Below are positions 16,933-17,207 of a stretch of 17,207 nt of DNA, in pieces. Location: contig JBBILZ010000049.1 of NCBI GenBank assembly GCA_037444665.1, positions 1 through 17,207 of the forward strand. Reading direction: 5' to 3'. The DNA comes from a candidate division WOR-3 bacterium. GTDB lineage: Bacteria; Hydrothermota; Tepidihabitantia; SM23-42; JAOAFX01. Within the stretch, counting starts at the first letter, position 1. The number at the start of each line of letters is the position of its first letter. The notes under the pieces were generated by a model. That model was not told where the DNA came from. It worked only from the letters and a program-made list of their open reading frames with translations, and searched no databases. The translations under genes and the position numbers were made by a program.

Positions 16933-17203
16933 CTGTTTAAATGTTCATTAAAGTATTTTTTAAGAGTTTTCATGCGGTTCAGTTTTGCAATATGATGCCA
17001 ACAGGAATGTTTATACAGAACATACATCAATACGGCAATACGACAATTGTCGTATTGCCGTATTCTCAAATTGGGTTAGTTGAAAATAAAATTCAGAAAA
17101 TATCTATAGCGTTCGGCTTCAGCCGGACGAAAACGAATCGTCCATTTGAAAATGGACGCTACAACCTTCCCTGACCATAAGACCATCAGACTATACAACT
17201 ATC
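16822..17203 (+). repeat. Direct repeat copy 2 (partner 9165-9544)
   Basis: Contains the identical 36-bp palindrome (17029-17064) and the REP doublet (17106-17162). Confidence 0.95.
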
Positions 17204-17207
17204 TCAA

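Noticed and set aside
16941..17174. 77 aa ORF within repeat copy 2, and the 65 aa ORF 9493-9690
   Set aside because: They overlie palindromic non-coding repeat DNA or are antisense to the regulator. The 77 aa frame is not kept at its 5' end in copy 1 (ATG>ACG, indel, TAA).
9165..17203. Diversity-generating retroelement TR/VR pair
   Set aside because: No reverse transcriptase, the repeats are mostly non-coding, and mismatches are not restricted to adenines.

Overview
AT-rich bacterial DNA, probably from an FCB-group lineage such as candidate phylum WOR-3 (inferred from the PorV-like gene and T9SS-type C-terminal domains). Bases 1-9100 look like core chromosome. They hold a 5'-truncated DUF2520 gene, an Ig-like lipoprotein, a vWA/GATase-like membrane protein and a COG2426 small multidrug export protein. 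A convergent operon follows (NHL/FlgD-Ig protein, PorV-like barrel, CTP-dependent polyprenol/DAG kinase), then a membrane-bound double-GAF GGDEF diguanylate cyclase. Bases 9165-17203 form a ~7.66 kb module bracketed by a ~380 bp direct repeat. Each repeat copy contains the 3' tail of an HD-GYP gene, nested 8-bp-periodic palindromes (one a perfect 36-mer) and a GTAG-type REP doublet. Inside the module is an unusual regulator (transposase-type N-terminal HTH, helical/TPR middle, SARP winged-HTH/BTAD C-terminus). It is transcribed divergently from two predicted T9SS-secreted beta-propeller proteins, which are followed by a terminator and a broken HD-GYP gene. The second repeat keeps the minus-strand TAG at the equivalent position, suggesting this may be one unit of a tandem array of regulator-plus-secreted-cargo cassettes. 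Several genes appear leaderless, sitting directly behind near-consensus sigma70 promoters.
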